From NCBI GenBank assembly GCA_016187105.1, contig JACPKK010000001.1, positions 1 through 52,130 on the forward strand: a stretch of 52,130 bases of DNA, written 5' to 3'. Source of the stretch: Candidatus Curtissbacteria bacterium (GTDB lineage Bacteria; Patescibacteriota; Microgenomatia; Curtissbacterales; GWA2-41-24). A program made the position numbers and the translations under genes. The notes under the pieces are model-generated. The model ran no database searches and was not told the DNA's origin. It saw only the letters and a program-made list of their open reading frames with translations. This document shows positions 10,293 to 19,710 of this stretch, one piece after another; the first letter of the stretch is position 1; each line of letters opens with the position of its first letter.

Positions 10293-10330
10293 TTAGCAGA
10301 GAGCATACCATGAGTGCTAAGTGGTGTCAA
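10293..10330 (-). promoter_or_regulatory. lon promoter overlapped by a CIRCE-like (HrcA) operator
   Basis: TTGACA-17-TATGCT with a TG extension. TTAGCACTC...TGCTAA inverted repeat: one perfect arm, one divergent arm, 1 nt longer than consensus. Confidence 0.7.
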
Positions 10331-10424
10331 GAGAGTTAAATTGCTAAATTGCTCGATTGTTAAATTGTTGATCGAAGAGATTGCTTCGTCACTTCGCTTT
10401 GCTCGCAATAAGAGAGCTTATTGC

Positions 10425-11255
10425 TCATTTCTCTCGCAATGACAGAAGGCGGATTCCGATTAGGATCAATAACAACGAGAGCAAATAAGCGACTTTGATG
10501 TCCCCTAATTTGGCCGTATCGATGCGCCAGATTTCGGCGACTCCCCGGCTGGCGCCGTAGAGAATGAGATAAAGGCCGAATACAGAACCCGGTTTATTGT
10601 TCGAGTTTACCCTGAACTTCCCTATTTTGAGGAAACTTCTCGACTCTCCGCCAGCTGGCGGATCGCTCGAAGAATAAAATCTCTTTGCCAATACAATCAG
10701 CAGGAAAAAGGCGATCAGTTCCAAAATCGCTTCGTAGAAAAATGTGGGATGGAAATGCGTCTGGAATAGATATTGGATTGGACGATGGGCGGGATCGATA
10801 TAAACTCCCCATGGCAGATTTGTCGGCGGGCCAAAGGCTTCCTGATTGACAAAGTTGCCGATTCTGCCGATTGCCTGACCGAGGATCAAAGACGGCGATA
10901 CAAGATCGAACAGGGATAAAAAATTGATTTTCTTAAACCTAGCAAAAATCCAAAAGCCAATAAAAACTCCGGCGAGGGCCCCGAAAATTCCCAGCCCCCC
11001 ATTTGTTATAGCTAAAATTTGATCGGGGCTTTGGGAGTAAAAACCCCATTTATCAATTACGTGATAAAGGCGGCCGCCGATAGTTCCAAGAATGAGTGGG
11101 GAAAGAAGTAGCGGATCATCAAATAAGGCGGGGCTGATTTTGTATAAAGGCGCCCGTCTTTTGGCGATGATCCAGCCCAGAAGAACGGCAATGGCGATTA
11201 CAAGGCCGTAGATATGGATGGTAAAGGGACCGAGGGGAAATGAATTAGGAATCAT
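10425..11255 (-). CDS. lgt: Prolipoprotein diacylglyceryl transferase, with an in-frame repeat insertion
   Basis: GGRLYHV, GGLGIFG, GQAIGRIGNFVNQEAFG and HPTFFYE. Confidence 0.95.
   Translation of the reverse strand: MIPNSFPLGPFTIHIYGLVIAIAVLLGWIIAKRRAPLYKISPALFDDPLLLSPLILGTIGGRLYHVIDKWGFYSQSPDQILAITNGGLGIFGALAGVFIGFWIFARFKKINFLSLFDLVSPSLILGQAIGRIGNFVNQEAFGPPTNLPWGVYIDPAHRPIQYLFQTHFHPTFFYEAILELIAFFLLIVLAKRFYSSSDPPAGGESRSFLKIGKFRVNSNNKPGSVFGLYLILYGASRGVAEIWRIDTAKLGDIKVAYLLSLLLILIGIRLLSLREK
10594..10676 (-). repeat. Palindromic REP-like element inserted in frame in lgt
   Basis: TATTCTTCGAGCGATCCG...GGCGGAGAGTCGAGAAG...CTCGAACAATAA; the same termini occur at 19153-19309. Confidence 0.85.
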
Positions 11256-11258
11256 TTA

Positions 11259-11909
11259 TTAAGTATTAAGAATATGACTTCTCGACTTCGCTCGAAGGAT
11301 AAAGGTGATGATAGCAATTACGGCTGACGAAATAAAAATATTGATGGCTAGGCGGTTTGCAAATTCCACGAAAAACTGCTCGGGGAAAAGTTTGATTAAA
11401 TTATCGTCGGCGGGAAAGAGCCAGAGGGTATTTGTAAATAAAATTTGATGGAATTTAAGGAAAAAGCTATCAAAAGCAGAAGATATTCCCAGCCCAAGCG
11501 CGGCAATGAAGAAAATGGTGGCGATCGATGAAACAAAGAGCGACCCGAGAATGATTTTTGACTGTCTTTTGAAAATCAGGGAAATGGCGATTACCAAGGC
11601 CGCAATGAGTGAGAGATAAAAAAGTCCATTTGCAAAAACCAGTAAATCGCGGACGTCTTTTAGGTGTGAAACAGCCTGCGTTGAGAAAAAATTGTGATCG
11701 AGTGTATTTTTTCCTCTAAAGTAGCCAAATAAATTATTGGTGGCGTCGTTTACAATTTTTTGATTTTCAAAATTCTGGTAGGTTCCAACTTTTCCATAAA
11801 GCGACTGGTAAAAACTGCGGTTTAAAATTAGATAGTTAAAATTTCCGAGAATAATTGAGGCTGGTATCAGCACAATAAGTAAATAGCCAAGGATTCTTGC
11901 GATGGTCAT
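11259..11909 (-). CDS. lit: DUF1461/TIGR01906 membrane protein, probable lipoprotein intramolecular transacylase (Lit)
   Basis: Four TM segments. SHLKDVRDL and FLKFHQILF....WLF......LIKLFP..FF carry the two conserved His of the Lit family. Confidence 0.75.
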   Translation of the reverse strand: MTIARILGYLLIVLIPASIILGNFNYLILNRSFYQSLYGKVGTYQNFENQKIVNDATNNLFGYFRGKNTLDHNFFSTQAVSHLKDVRDLLVFANGLFYLSLIAALVIAISLIFKRQSKIILGSLFVSSIATIFFIAALGLGISSAFDSFFLKFHQILFTNTLWLFPADDNLIKLFPEQFFVEFANRLAINIFISSAVIAIITFILRAKSRSHILNT

Positions 11910-14113
11910 AATTTAACTTTGCGAAGAGCGAGGGCGTTTAAAACAACTATAACAGATGAGGCGCTCATGAGAAGTGCAGCCCATTCGGGCCTAAGTAGTA
12001 TTCCAAAAGAAAAAAGGGCTCCGGCGGCAACTGGAATTGCCAAAATATTATAACCGGCAGCCCAAGCGAGGTTCTGCTTCATTTTAGAATTCGTTTTTTT
12101 AGAAAGTCTAATTGCCTTGACTACATCTTTTGGGTTATCTTTCACAAGTACTATTTCGGCCGATTCGACAGCTACATCTGTTCCTGCACCGATTGCAATG
12201 CCTACGTGGGCTTGCGTTAAAGACGCCGCGTCGTTAACACCATCCCCAACCATAGCAACAATCTCTCCTTTGCCCTGAAGCTCTTTAACCTTACTGACCT
12301 TATCTTCCGGTAACACTTGGGCAAAAACGGTATCTATTCCCAGCCTTTTTGCGACTGAATCCGCTACGTCCTGGTTGTCTCCAGTTAACATCGCAGTTTT
12401 AATTTTCATATCCGCAAGCGCCGAAATTACCGCTTTAGATTCACTTCTTATAACATCTTCCAGGCTAATCATTCCTATCAGCTTTTTGGCTTTTGCTACC
12501 CAAATATAGGTATTTGCAGCATCTTGATTCTTGTTAATTTTGTCTTCAAGACTTCCCTTTTCAATACCAAATTGTTTTATTAACGCTTTATTGCCAATAA
12601 TTGTGCTCTCCCCATCAACAGCAGCGCTGGCCCCCTTACCGGGATAAGACTTGAAATTTTTGGCAGGGGAAAAAGTAATTTTTCTTTTTTTGGCTTCTTC
12701 AACTACCCCTTGGGCAATAGAATGCTGTGAATGAAATTCTACGGAAGCCGCAACCTTTAATATGTCATTTTCGGAGATATTATCGGCAGTAATGATTTTA
12801 CTAACCCCAAATTTTCCTTTGGTTAAAGTTCCGGTTTTGTCAAAAACCACGTACGTAAGTCTGCGGGCAATTTCGGCGGCTTTCATGTCCCTTATCAATA
12901 TTCCGTTTTTGGCAGCCAGTGATGTTGTAATAGTTGTAACTGTAGGAATTGCTAGACCCAACGCATGGGGGCAGGCAATAACAATAACCGTTATAGCCAG
13001 AGTACCCGCGAAAACTGCGGGTGCTGCACCTTGAGGAAAAATAAACATCCAAAAGAGAAAAGTTCCAGTGCCAACTATAATTGCCGTGTATGTAAGCCAG
13101 CTGGCGGCACGATCCGCAAGTTTCTGGACTGGCGGTTTTGACTCCTGGGCTTCCCTAATAAGTTCCATTATTTGTGAAATAGCAGTATCTTTTCCAGTCT
13201 TTTCCACTTCCAGCGTTAGTGACCCGTCATTGTTGACTGTTCCGCCAATCACCTCATCGCCTTTCTTTTTGGGGACTGGTTTGGACTCGCCGGTAACCAT
13301 GGACTCGTTGATAGAGCTTTCACCGTCAATTACTACGGAATCGATTGGTATTTTTTCTCCCGGGCGGACTAAAATTTTATTTCCACGAGTCAGCTCTTGC
13401 GTACCAACATCGACAATCTCCTTACCGCGAATTTGATGGGCTGTCGGGGGAATTAATTTGGCGAGTTGGGCCAAAGCGCCGCTTGCACCCCGCACGGCTC
13501 TCATCTCCATCCAATGGCCGAACAAAAATACTAAAACCAGTGTCGAAATTTCCCAATAAAGGCTTTCGCCTTCAAATAGGAATGTCGCGGCTACACTGAA
13601 GGCATATCCTGCAAGGACGGCAAGACTTACGAGTGTCATCATTGCGGGGTTACGGCCTTTGAGTTCTCCCCTGGCCATCTGGTAGAAGGGCAATCCGGCC
13701 CAAGAAACTATTACTGACGCAACGAAGAAGCTTATAATTCCCGAATAAGGGATATTAAGTGATAGCCCTAACCACCTTTGAATGTTTGGCGAGAGAATAA
13801 CGACCAGGGCGGTTAACGGGAGCGCGATAAAAAATCTTTTTTTGAAGCTTTCTTCCATACCCGCATGACTTGGGCCGTGTTCGTGCTTTTCCAGCTTCAT
13901 GCCGCATTCGGGACAATCTTGCGGCTTGTCTCTTGTTATCTGGGGGTGCATAGGGCAAGAGTAGATAGTGCCAGGCTGATTACGGCTTGTTATTTGTTTG
14001 GTACCTGATACCTGTGATTTAGTATCGATAACCAGGTCCATGCCGCATTTTGGGCATTTGCCGGGTTTATCGGATGTGACGTCCGGATGCATGGGACAAG
14101 TGTAGGCTGTCAT
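11906..14113 (-). CDS. Copper-translocating P1B-type ATPase (CPH motif, CopB-like) with two N-terminal YxCPMHP metal-binding domains
   Basis: [26 protein letters not shown] and YN...MSASS. The start was moved to ATG 14113, which overlaps the upstream stop (ATGA). Confidence 0.92.
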   Translation of the reverse strand: MTAYTCPMHPDVTSDKPGKCPKCGMDLVIDTKSQVSGTKQITSRNQPGTIYSCPMHPQITRDKPQDCPECGMKLEKHEHGPSHAGMEESFKKRFFIALPLTALVVILSPNIQRWLGLSLNIPYSGIISFFVASVIVSWAGLPFYQMARGELKGRNPAMMTLVSLAVLAGYAFSVAATFLFEGESLYWEISTLVLVFLFGHWMEMRAVRGASGALAQLAKLIPPTAHQIRGKEIVDVGTQELTRGNKILVRPGEKIPIDSVVIDGESSINESMVTGESKPVPKKKGDEVIGGTVNNDGSLTLEVEKTGKDTAISQIMELIREAQESKPPVQKLADRAASWLTYTAIIVGTGTFLFWMFIFPQGAAPAVFAGTLAITVIVIACPHALGLAIPTVTTITTSLAAKNGILIRDMKAAEIARRLTYVVFDKTGTLTKGKFGVSKIITADNISENDILKVAASVEFHSQHSIAQGVVEEAKKRKITFSPAKNFKSYPGKGASAAVDGESTIIGNKALIKQFGIEKGSLEDKINKNQDAANTYIWVAKAKKLIGMISLEDVIRSESKAVISALADMKIKTAMLTGDNQDVADSVAKRLGIDTVFAQVLPEDKVSKVKELQGKGEIVAMVGDGVNDAASLTQAHVGIAIGAGTDVAVESAEIVLVKDNPKDVVKAIRLSKKTNSKMKQNLAWAAGYNILAIPVAAGALFSFGILLRPEWAALLMSASSVIVVLNALALRKVKL

Positions 14114-14607
14114 CGTTTGTTCCCTTTTACCAAGTACAAAATTGAGGCGGCAATGATAAGCAAGGAAATACTGATGGGAGCAATGACCGGACCGACCCAA
14201 GGTGTAGGAAGCAAGAAAAACGTGTCGAGATCCAGCAATGATTTGGGCCAGCCGATTGTGAGTTTTAGGAAAATATAATAGAAAATATCCCAGACCCCAA
14301 ACATCAGGAGGAAAAAGGCGATTTTTTGTTTTAAATTTTTAGCGGCAAGCGCGGCGACAGAAGCCAGCATAATAAGTGTGGCAGCTTCGCGTAATCTTTC
14401 GATGTTCAAAATAGCCGTATCGGTTATGATCTTGACAGCGAACCTTGGCTCTAAAAAAGCAATGCCAGGAATCAAAAATAGGATTTGATCTTGGCTGACA
14501 CTCGCTTGATTTAAAGCGAAAAGACGGCGCAGATAGATAACAACAGCTGCCTCAACAAAGGCAAAAGCAACGGCAAAGACAACTACTTTGATAATTGATT
14601 GTTTCAT
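14110..14607 (-). CDS. Hypothetical membrane protein in the copper operon
   Basis: Hydrophobic segments; translationally coupled to the ATPase. Confidence 0.75.
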   Translation of the reverse strand: MKQSIIKVVVFAVAFAFVEAAVVIYLRRLFALNQASVSQDQILFLIPGIAFLEPRFAVKIITDTAILNIERLREAATLIMLASVAALAAKNLKQKIAFFLLMFGVWDIFYYIFLKLTIGWPKSLLDLDTFFLLPTPWVGPVIAPISISLLIIAASILYLVKGNKR

Positions 14608-14622
14608 CTGGGCTACTCCATT

Positions 14623-15300
14623 TTACAGCAACGGCTGAATAAGCCAGAGGAGCAATGTCACGGACATGGCGATTGTGACCAAACCCATCACAAGCTTAAT
14701 TTTAGTGTGCGCTACTCCCTGAAATTTTTGAATTAGCTTGACCGTTTGCGGGCGGGTTGAAACTAAGAAAATAAGTGCCGTCGGCAAGATGAACATGAGG
14801 TTGTAAATTAATAGATAAAAAATGCCGTTTATAAATGTTTCCTTCGAGGAAAGCAGGGCAACGGTGCCAAGATAGATCGCTCCGGAACAGGGGAATTCAC
14901 AAAGACCAACAAAAAAGCCGAGGGCTAGCGCTGAAAGAACGGTGATTTTCCGATCCCATTTGGGGATGCGGCAAGCGCCAAAGAAAGGAGACAAGATCGG
15001 CACATAGAGCCTTGGTAAAAAATATTCTTTTAGGTAAAAAGCGCCAATCATAAAAAGGACAGCAGCAGCTACCCAGCCGAAAAAGTTATGGATGCCAAAG
15101 AGGTGAAAAACGTGAAGAATTCCAAGACCAATCAAGAAGTAGGTAATATACATTGACGCCAAATAAAAAATGCCGAAGTTTATGAGCTGGCGGCGGCTGC
15201 CTCCTAGGGTCAGGATGAGGGAAATATAAAGAAGTAAAACCCCGATGGCGCAGGGGTTGAACGAATCGATAAGTCCATTTAGCAAAACTAGGGGAAGCAT
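14623..15300 (-). CDS. CcdA/DsbD-like transmembrane thiol-redox protein
   Basis: Six TM segments with DSFNPC and CEFPC intramembrane cysteines. Confidence 0.75.
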   Translation of the reverse strand: MLPLVLLNGLIDSFNPCAIGVLLLYISLILTLGGSRRQLINFGIFYLASMYITYFLIGLGILHVFHLFGIHNFFGWVAAAVLFMIGAFYLKEYFLPRLYVPILSPFFGACRIPKWDRKITVLSALALGFFVGLCEFPCSGAIYLGTVALLSSKETFINGIFYLLIYNLMFILPTALIFLVSTRPQTVKLIQKFQGVAHTKIKLVMGLVTIAMSVTLLLWLIQPLL

Positions 15301-15301
15301 A

Positions 15302-15799
15302 TTAATTGACTTCGGCTACAAGAGTCAGAACGATATCGGGCTTTTGGGGATCATTGGTTCTTATGTAAACACTCCTTTCGACTTTTCCCTTGACGGGCAT
15401 TCTGGCCGGTTCGTAGGAGGCTGTTACTTTTGCTTCTCGGCCGGGTTCAATTTGCCCCATCCAGTTCGGGTTCTGGTGCATGGAGAAACGCGGACTTATC
15501 TTATCGCCAATGGTGATTTGGGCAAAAGTACAATCACAGGAAGTGCTGATGTTGTTTATCTCTAAATTTTGATTACCCGTGTTTTTGAGAAAAAAATCAA
15601 GTGTTTTGATTTCCGAAACCTTCATTTGACCCAAGTCTGCAAAGCTGGCTGAAAGTTCGGCTTTAGGCCGATCGGGGCTTTCGGCGGAATAAGTCTTTGG
15701 CGTCTTATCAGCAGTTGTATAGGCAAAGACAATGCCGCCGACAATCACCAAAACTAAAAAAATGATAATTCCCAAGATAAATGGGTTGATTTTGCTCAT
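15302..15799 (-). CDS. DUF1573 Ig-like membrane-anchored protein
   Basis: N-terminal TM; F.LKNTG...L.I..ISTSCDCT, IEPG and TNDP. Confidence 0.8.
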   Translation of the reverse strand: MSKINPFILGIIIFLVLVIVGGIVFAYTTADKTPKTYSAESPDRPKAELSASFADLGQMKVSEIKTLDFFLKNTGNQNLEINNISTSCDCTFAQITIGDKISPRFSMHQNPNWMGQIEPGREAKVTASYEPARMPVKGKVERSVYIRTNDPQKPDIVLTLVAEVN

Positions 15800-15810
15800 T
15801 TAGGATTTTT

Positions 15811-16074
15811 TTATTTTTTGGCAAACCGGTTGTAAAGCCAAGCAAAAGCCCAGCCTGTCAACCACATTCCAATGACTGCCGTAATAAACCCTAGGAAGAA
15901 ATTTCCTCTGGGGCTTCCGGTCCAAATAAGACTAATGTCCATCCCATGAAACCAGCTCTGACCAACCGCTTTGGAAGCCTGCGGGAAAAGGGCAACTGCC
16001 AGAGAACAAACCACATAAACAACTGCGGTTATGGCGGCTGACGCATTAGCAAACCCAAGTTCGTTTAACTTCAT
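15811..16074 (-). CDS. Small membrane protein, DUF5676-like
   Basis: Y.VC...WFHG....W...FAWLYN pattern; SD AGGAGGTG before ATG 16074. Confidence 0.65.
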   Translation of the reverse strand: MKLNELGFANASAAITAVVYVVCSLAVALFPQASKAVGQSWFHGMDISLIWTGSPRGNFFLGFITAVIGMWLTGWAFAWLYNRFAKK

Positions 16075-16102
16075 TTTTGTCACCTCCTTTTATGACTTTT
16101 CT

Positions 16103-16303
16103 TTATCCCCCTTTTTTCCATAGCCATCTCAAAAGGGCAACCAAAACGGCGATAACGAGAAACCAGGTGACAAGCCAAAGAACGCCATAAACCCAGAAAG
16201 GTTGAGTTGTCCCGAACATCATCGGGTGATTACCCCAGTACCTTAGGGAATCAATGTCTTTGCCGGAAGTTGCTTCGGTAAAACGCATCATGTTATTAAA
16301 CAT
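16103..16303 (-). CDS. Small Met-rich single-TM protein
   Basis: SD AGGAGGTGA before ATG 16303; HPMM followed by a TM helix and WLWKKG. Confidence 0.7.
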   Translation of the reverse strand: MFNNMMRFTEATSGKDIDSLRYWGNHPMMFGTTQPFWVYGVLWLVTWFLVIAVLVALLRWLWKKGG

Positions 16304-16308
16304 TAATT

Positions 16309-16575
16309 TCACCTCCTAGCCTTAGAGAAAACCTCTATAATTTCATTAATCGATTTTTCTTTGTTTTTGCCATGCATGGCATGGGCTACGTGTTCTTCCA
16401 GATGGCCCTTGAGAATGGTACTGTCGACTGCGCGCAGGGCAGACTGCACCGCTAATGACTGCTGCAGGATATCGATGCAATATCTTCCGGCGGTGACCAT
16501 GCGAATTACGTGATCCAGATGGCCGCGGGCTGTGGTTAATCTTTTGAGGGCATCTTCCTTAACAGTATCTTGCAT
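16309..16575 (-). CDS. csoR: CsoR/RcnR-family metal-sensing repressor
   Basis: RL...RGH...V.RM....RYCIDILQQ..AV..AL...ILKGHLEEH. Confidence 0.9.
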   Translation of the reverse strand: MQDTVKEDALKRLTTARGHLDHVIRMVTAGRYCIDILQQSLAVQSALRAVDSTILKGHLEEHVAHAMHGKNKEKSINEIIEVFSKARR

Positions 16576-16584
16576 GACAATACT

Positions 16585-16613
16585 ATCCTACCCTAGTGGG
16601 GAGGGTATGTCAA
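16585..16613 (-). promoter_or_regulatory. Copper operon promoter with a CsoR-type operator in the spacer
   Basis: TTGACA-17-TAGGAT overlapped by TACCCTCCCCACTAGGGTA (TACCC/GGGTA inverted repeat with a C-tract). Confidence 0.8.
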
Positions 16614-16626
16614 GGGAAAGTGATTT

Positions 16627-18918
16627 TTATGGAGAGTAATCGGCCTTTAGCTTTTCAACGAAGGTTAAAGCTGTTTCCTCTTTTAAAATCGGAGACTTGG
16701 TCAATTTTTGCCTCATGAGAAAGTATTCATTCCTCGGATAATAATCTGTTATTGGCGGGCTTTTTATGAATTCTTTAAGGAGACTTTGGCGATCGCCAAT
16801 TATTTCAACGGTGATTGCATCTTTTAGATCCGTCCCAGGGGCAAGACTCATAATTTCTTTAAGGTCGGCGGCGACGATTTCATCGGATAACATCCCATCC
16901 AGTCTTTCTTTGGCAAAAGGGCCAGAAGAACCCTCTAAAAAAATGCCCCCGACGCTGCCGGTTTTTTGGATCGCCAAAACATAAGGGAAAACATCGAGGA
17001 AACTTTTAATGGCCATGGCGATTTCGTCTTTGCGGGAACCGTGATAGTAAATCCATTGGCTGACGATCCCGCCTGCGTTTAGGTGTTTGGATAAATCTTG
17101 ATAAAATTCTTTGGAGTGCAGAACCGAGGTACCGGCCGCGTTAAACGGCGGCGGCGGGTCTATAGTAACGATATCGTATTTATTACGGGTTAAGAAAGCG
17201 AAATTTCGGCCGTCGTTTACAATTATTTTCCCTTTGGGGTTATTTAATACCTCTTCGGCGTCCGGATGAAACAGGTACGTAAAGCCCGGAATAGACGGGA
17301 CAAGTTCAATGGCATCAGTTTCCAGATCATGTTTTAAGCTTGAGCGGAAAGTGGTGCCCATGCCAAAAGCAATTACCAGGACTTTCTTGGGATTTTCATG
17401 AAGCGTTATCGGGATATGGGCCATTAACCTTGTTTCGGAAACTCTGGAGGTAGTTGCAACTCCGTCAATAAACAAGCCGAGGTCATCATTTTTGTAATCG
17501 CGATAGCCAAAAACGGAAGCGACTTCGTCTTCTTGAAATTTATAGTCAAAACCGTTTATTTGCGCGGCCCCAATATTGAAATCGTTAGTCTTCCCGTAGA
17601 GACGGTGGTTTTTATAAACAACCAAATAAAAATTGGCACCTATTAAAAATAAGGCGGTTATGAGGGCGGCAGACTTTATAGAAACCAGGCTTCCTTTTTC
17701 ATAAAAAATGAAGGCCAGGGCGAGGGCGAAGTTTGCCAGGGACAAAACGGCAATTGATTGGGACGAGCCGAAAGTCGGGATTAAGAAAAAGCTGGCAATA
17801 AAGCCGCCGGCAATAGCGCCGATGGTATTGCCGAAATAACTCAAGCCGACTACTTTGCCCAGCGACTTTTCCTTGGCGAGCTGGGAGACGACAATGGGGA
17901 AAGTCAGACCCATGACGATAGTTGCCGGAAGAATCATGAAAGCAACGCGGTCGTAGGTATCGATGACAAACTTATGGGCAATTAAAACAGATAACAGGGC
18001 GAAAAAACCGATGGCAAGCTGGCAAAGGCCAAAGGCGAAACTCTGGGATTTTATGTAGCGGGAGATCTTTTCGTACAAAAGACTGCCCACGCCAATTCCG
18101 AAAATATAAATTGCCAAAACGGCGGCGAACGCATAAATAAAAGTGCCGAGAGTAGGCGTTAAGATTCTTGCCCAAAGGACTTCATAAGAGATGGCAACGA
18201 GACCGGATAAAGAAAAGGCAAGAATGACAAAAATGGTTTTTCTGGTTAGAACTTGCGAAAAATCAATTGCTAATTCTTTTTTAACTTTCGCCTTTTGATT
18301 TTTTGCCCCGACTAAATTTGCGGCAAAACCGATCATGACATTGGTGGCGACGGCGACAAGAAGAGTGTTTCGTAAGCCTAAAAATTCAATTAAAACAAAG
18401 GCGGCAATAATAACGCCGAAAACGCCGCCAAGCGTGTTTATTGCATAAAGCAAACTGACGCTTTTGGCAATTGACCTATTATGGTACTGGGCAAACTTAA
18501 TGAGGACCGGAAGGGTGGCGCCCATTAATACGGTCGGAATCAAAATAATTAGAATGGCAAGCGTGAATTTTATAAGAAGCAGGTTGAGGGTAACGGCAGA
18601 CCCGTCGGAGAAGTTAGCATAGAGATTCCTGACCGCCGGAAGAAGTATTAAGGTAGAAGCGGCAGTCAACCCGACAGCTAATTCTAAAAATGAATAAGTT
18701 TTAATGAGCTTTTTGGGAGAAAATTTGTCGGCAAATCTGCCGGCAATCAAGCTGCCAATCGCCAACCCACCCAAGAAAGCAGAGATAACAGCAACAAGCG
18801 AATTGGTAGTACTGCCAAAAATTAAAACTAGAAGCCTTGCCCAGATTATTTCATAAATCAGGCCGGCAGTACCGGAAAAGAAAAACAGGAGATAAATTAT
18901 TTTTGGCGGCAATTTCAT
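16627..18918 (-). CDS. Fused MFS-like membrane domain / spermidine synthase-like protein
   Basis: SG...LIYEIIWAR, MGATLP, YAINTLG repeated; C-terminal VLVIAFGMG, DGRNF and YDIVTIDPPPP. Confidence 0.85.
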   Translation of the reverse strand: MKLPPKIIYLLFFFSGTAGLIYEIIWARLLVLIFGSTTNSLVAVISAFLGGLAIGSLIAGRFADKFSPKKLIKTYSFLELAVGLTAASTLILLPAVRNLYANFSDGSAVTLNLLLIKFTLAILIILIPTVLMGATLPVLIKFAQYHNRSIAKSVSLLYAINTLGGVFGVIIAAFVLIEFLGLRNTLLVAVATNVMIGFAANLVGAKNQKAKVKKELAIDFSQVLTRKTIFVILAFSLSGLVAISYEVLWARILTPTLGTFIYAFAAVLAIYIFGIGVGSLLYEKISRYIKSQSFAFGLCQLAIGFFALLSVLIAHKFVIDTYDRVAFMILPATIVMGLTFPIVVSQLAKEKSLGKVVGLSYFGNTIGAIAGGFIASFFLIPTFGSSQSIAVLSLANFALALAFIFYEKGSLVSIKSAALITALFLIGANFYLVVYKNHRLYGKTNDFNIGAAQINGFDYKFQEDEVASVFGYRDYKNDDLGLFIDGVATTSRVSETRLMAHIPITLHENPKKVLVIAFGMGTTFRSSLKHDLETDAIELVPSIPGFTYLFHPDAEEVLNNPKGKIIVNDGRNFAFLTRNKYDIVTIDPPPPFNAAGTSVLHSKEFYQDLSKHLNAGGIVSQWIYYHGSRKDEIAMAIKSFLDVFPYVLAIQKTGSVGGIFLEGSSGPFAKERLDGMLSDEIVAADLKEIMSLAPGTDLKDAITVEIIGDRQSLLKEFIKSPPITDYYPRNEYFLMRQKLTKSPILKEETALTFVEKLKADYSP

Positions 18919-19005
18919 CTGGACTCGTGGAAAGAATAATAGCCGATTGGGGTAAACTGGTGCAACTCGTAAAAGAATTATTTGCCTGCTATACTCTCTC
19001 TCGTT

Positions 19006-19710
19006 ATGATTTACACAAAAGGCGGAGACGGCGGTAAAACTTCTCTTTTTGGCGGAGAGAGGGTAGATAAAAATTCCGCGAGGATTGCGGCTTACGGAAC
19101 TGTTGATGAATTGAATTCACTCGTTGGAGTAATTATTGCAGAGTCAAATGATTATTCTTCGAGCGATCCGGCGAACGGCGGAGAGTCGAGAAGGAGTTCT
19201 CGACCACGTCCGAGATCGCAAGACGAAGTCGTTTTCGGCGGACAAGCTCGAACAATATGCAACGCATGTTGTTCTCGTCCTGAGCTACGTCGAAGGGCTC
19301 GAACAATAACAGACAAACTTCTCCGTATTCAAGCCGAGCTTTTTGTGTTGGGGTCGAGCCTGGCGGTAACTGGGAATATGAAGGTAAGGATGCCAAAAAT
19401 TTCCAAAGCGTGTGTCACTCGCCTGGAGAAAGAGATTGATATTTGGGAAAAGGGCTTAACTCCTCTTAAAAATTTTATTCTGCCTGGGGGCGGGAAAACT
19501 GGAGCGAAACTTCATTTAGCGCGGGCTGTTTGCCGTCGAGCGGAAAGATTGATAGTAGATTTAGACCGCTTGGACAAGCTAAATCCGAACGTATTAGTTT
19601 ATATTAATCGCCTTTCGGACTGGTTTTTTGTGGCGGCAAGATATGCCAATAAGCTGGAAAATATTCCTGAATGGGTTTGGAAAGGGCGTAAGCAAAAGGC
19701 GAAAATCTAA
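19006..19710 (+). CDS. PduO-type ATP:cob(I)alamin adenosyltransferase with an in-frame repeat insertion of about 50 aa
   Basis: IYTKGGDGGKTSL, AYGTVDELNS, FILPGG, RAVCRRAER and YINRLSDWFF. The start was moved to ATG 19006. Confidence 0.9.
   Translation: MIYTKGGDGGKTSLFGGERVDKNSARIAAYGTVDELNSLVGVIIAESNDYSSSDPANGGESRRSSRPRPRSQDEVVFGGQARTICNACCSRPELRRRARTITDKLLRIQAELFVLGSSLAVTGNMKVRMPKISKACVTRLEKEIDIWEKGLTPLKNFILPGGGKTGAKLHLARAVCRRAERLIVDLDRLDKLNPNVLVYINRLSDWFFVAARYANKLENIPEWVWKGRKQKAKI
19153..19309 (+). repeat. Composite palindromic element inserted in frame in the adenosyltransferase
   Basis: Same termini as the lgt insert; GCTCGAACAATA occurs twice, indicating tandem or nested units. Confidence 0.85.

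Noticed and set aside
14114..14200. Extended N-termini given by the ORF track (ATPase from 14200, antitoxin from 21049, cyclo-ligase from 28048, ORF from 33671)
   Set aside because: Downstream starts fit coupling, promoters and domain boundaries better and avoid large overlaps.
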